A DNA stretch of 64,000 bases from Octopus bimaculoides (lineage: Eukaryota): contig NC_068988.1 of assembly GCF_001194135.2 (NCBI RefSeq), positions 92,384,191-92,448,190 on the forward strand, read 5' to 3'. Below, piece after piece: positions 62,521-64,000 of the stretch. The notes under the pieces are model-generated. The model was given only the letters and a program-made list of their open reading frames with translations, was not told where the DNA came from and searched no databases. How positions within the stretch are numbered: the stretch's first letter is position 1; each line of letters begins with the position of its first letter. Both the position numbers and the translations under genes were made by a program.

Positions 62521-64000
62521 ACCATAGGTGAGGATAGTTACGAAAGCAAAATTGAAGATAACGAGTTTAGCTTTGCTTCTGAGGATCGAATTCTGGTACA
62601 AGGCCACAGGGCCACAAGAGTGGATGCAAGTCAGTCACATCAATCCTCATTATTCGATTGATACTTTATTTTATGGACCACGGTAGGATGAAAGGTAAAC
62701 TTGACTTCAGCGGTATTTGAACTCAGAACGGAAAGAGTTGAAAGGAATGCCGCTGAGCATTTTGCCCGACATGCGAACGATTTTGCCAACTTGCCTCCTT
62801 AATTCATTAATTAATGATGGTTTCAAATTTTGGCACAAGACCACTAATTTTGGGCATAGGACAGACAAGTCGGTTACATCGACCCCTGCACTCAACTGCT
62901 ACTTATTTTATCGATCCCGCAATGACGAAAGGCAAAGTCGACCTCGGCAAAATTTGAATTCAGAGTGTAAAGACGGACGAAGTGCCGCTAAGCATTTAGC
63001 CCGGCGTGCTAACGATTTGGCCAGCTTGCCTCCTTAATTCATTAATTAATAATGACCCCTGTGATGTGACATTTCTTAAGTTTATTTTATTTACATAAAA
63101 CCCCAAATGAAAAGAAATTTCCAAATTTCACGTTCGATTTTAGCACCTTTGATTAGTTTTTTTCCCAGATTCTTATCAGGACCCTTTTATAGTGCATGAG
63201 AGTACTTAAATTTGGTGGCGTGATAATTACGATGACAATAGTGGTGGTGGTGGTGGTAGCTACGGTGTTGGTTGCTGGTATTTAGCGGTTATGGTGATGG
63301 TGGTGGTAGCTGTGGGAGTCATGTTTACTGCAAGGTTCGTAAAATCCCCCCTCCCCTATCCTTTCTACTAAACGCACAAGGCCTGACATTTTTGCGGAAA
63401 GTATTAGTCGATTTCATTGACCGCAGTGTTTCACTGGTACTTAATTTATCGACCCCGAAAGGATGAAAGGCAAAGCCGAACTCGGCAGAATTTGAACTCA
63501 GAACGCAAGGACGGACGAAATGCCGCTACGCATTCTGCCTGGCGCGGTAACGATTCCGCCTGCTCGCCGATGAAACCTACTAATAATAAAAGTTTAAATT
63601 TCAACATAATCTTGTTTTCAATACTTTGTATGTGTAAGGCGATGAGCTGGTAGAATTGTTAGCACAACGGGCGAAATGCTTAGCGTTATTTCGTCTGTCT
63701 TTATGTTCTGAGTTCAAATTCCGCCGAGGTCGACTTTGCCTTTCATCCCTTCGGGGTCGATAAATTAAGTACCAGTTGCGTACTGGGTCGAGCTAATCGA
63801 CTGGCCCCCTCCCCCAAAATTTCGGGCCTTGTGCCTAGAATAAAAAAGAATACTGTATGTGTGTGCGCGCGAGTATGTAAAGCGAACTTCTTGACCACAT
63901 AACCATGCCTGCGGTCATTTAGCATTTTTTATGAAGTAGTATATAGGCAAATGCAATAGGGTTTCGATCTCTGGTTTGATGTAATGCATGAAAGTTAATT

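Overview
Repeat-dense eukaryotic DNA, most likely Octopus. This is inferred from the SINE and LINE families, the microsatellite load and a mollusc-like ATG10; no species marker was checked. The only host gene I can support is the 3' half of ATG10 (+ strand): three spliceable coding exons at 44935-45032, 45551-45639 and 48653-48746, including the catalytic HPC motif and the stop codon. I could not find its upstream exons in the preceding 44.9 kb. The rest is a transposon graveyard. DNA elements: a near-full-length mariner, a full-length Tc1 with unusual DD37E spacing, pogo/Tigger fragments, a Helitron 5' portion and TTAA-flanked MITEs. LINEs: R4/Dong, several RTE lineages, CR1-like and Tx1/L1 fragments. 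There are about 40 copies of four tRNA-derived SINE families, which I label A, B, C and E, plus many micro- and minisatellites and assembly gaps. Nearly all ORFs in the supplied track are repeat artefacts. Most interesting: an inverted SINE pair just after the ATG10 stop (candidate ADAR substrate), tandem stem-loop arrays in the RTE 3' UTR, the non-canonical Tc1, an R4 element sitting in microsatellites, a SINE-internal microsatellite acting as a TE landing pad, a stand-alone ~95-nt hairpin, and a shift from CpG-decayed to CpG-intact repeats near 57.5 kb. I found no convincing evidence of a wholly new biological system. TE boundaries without TIR or TSD support are approximate (tens of bp).
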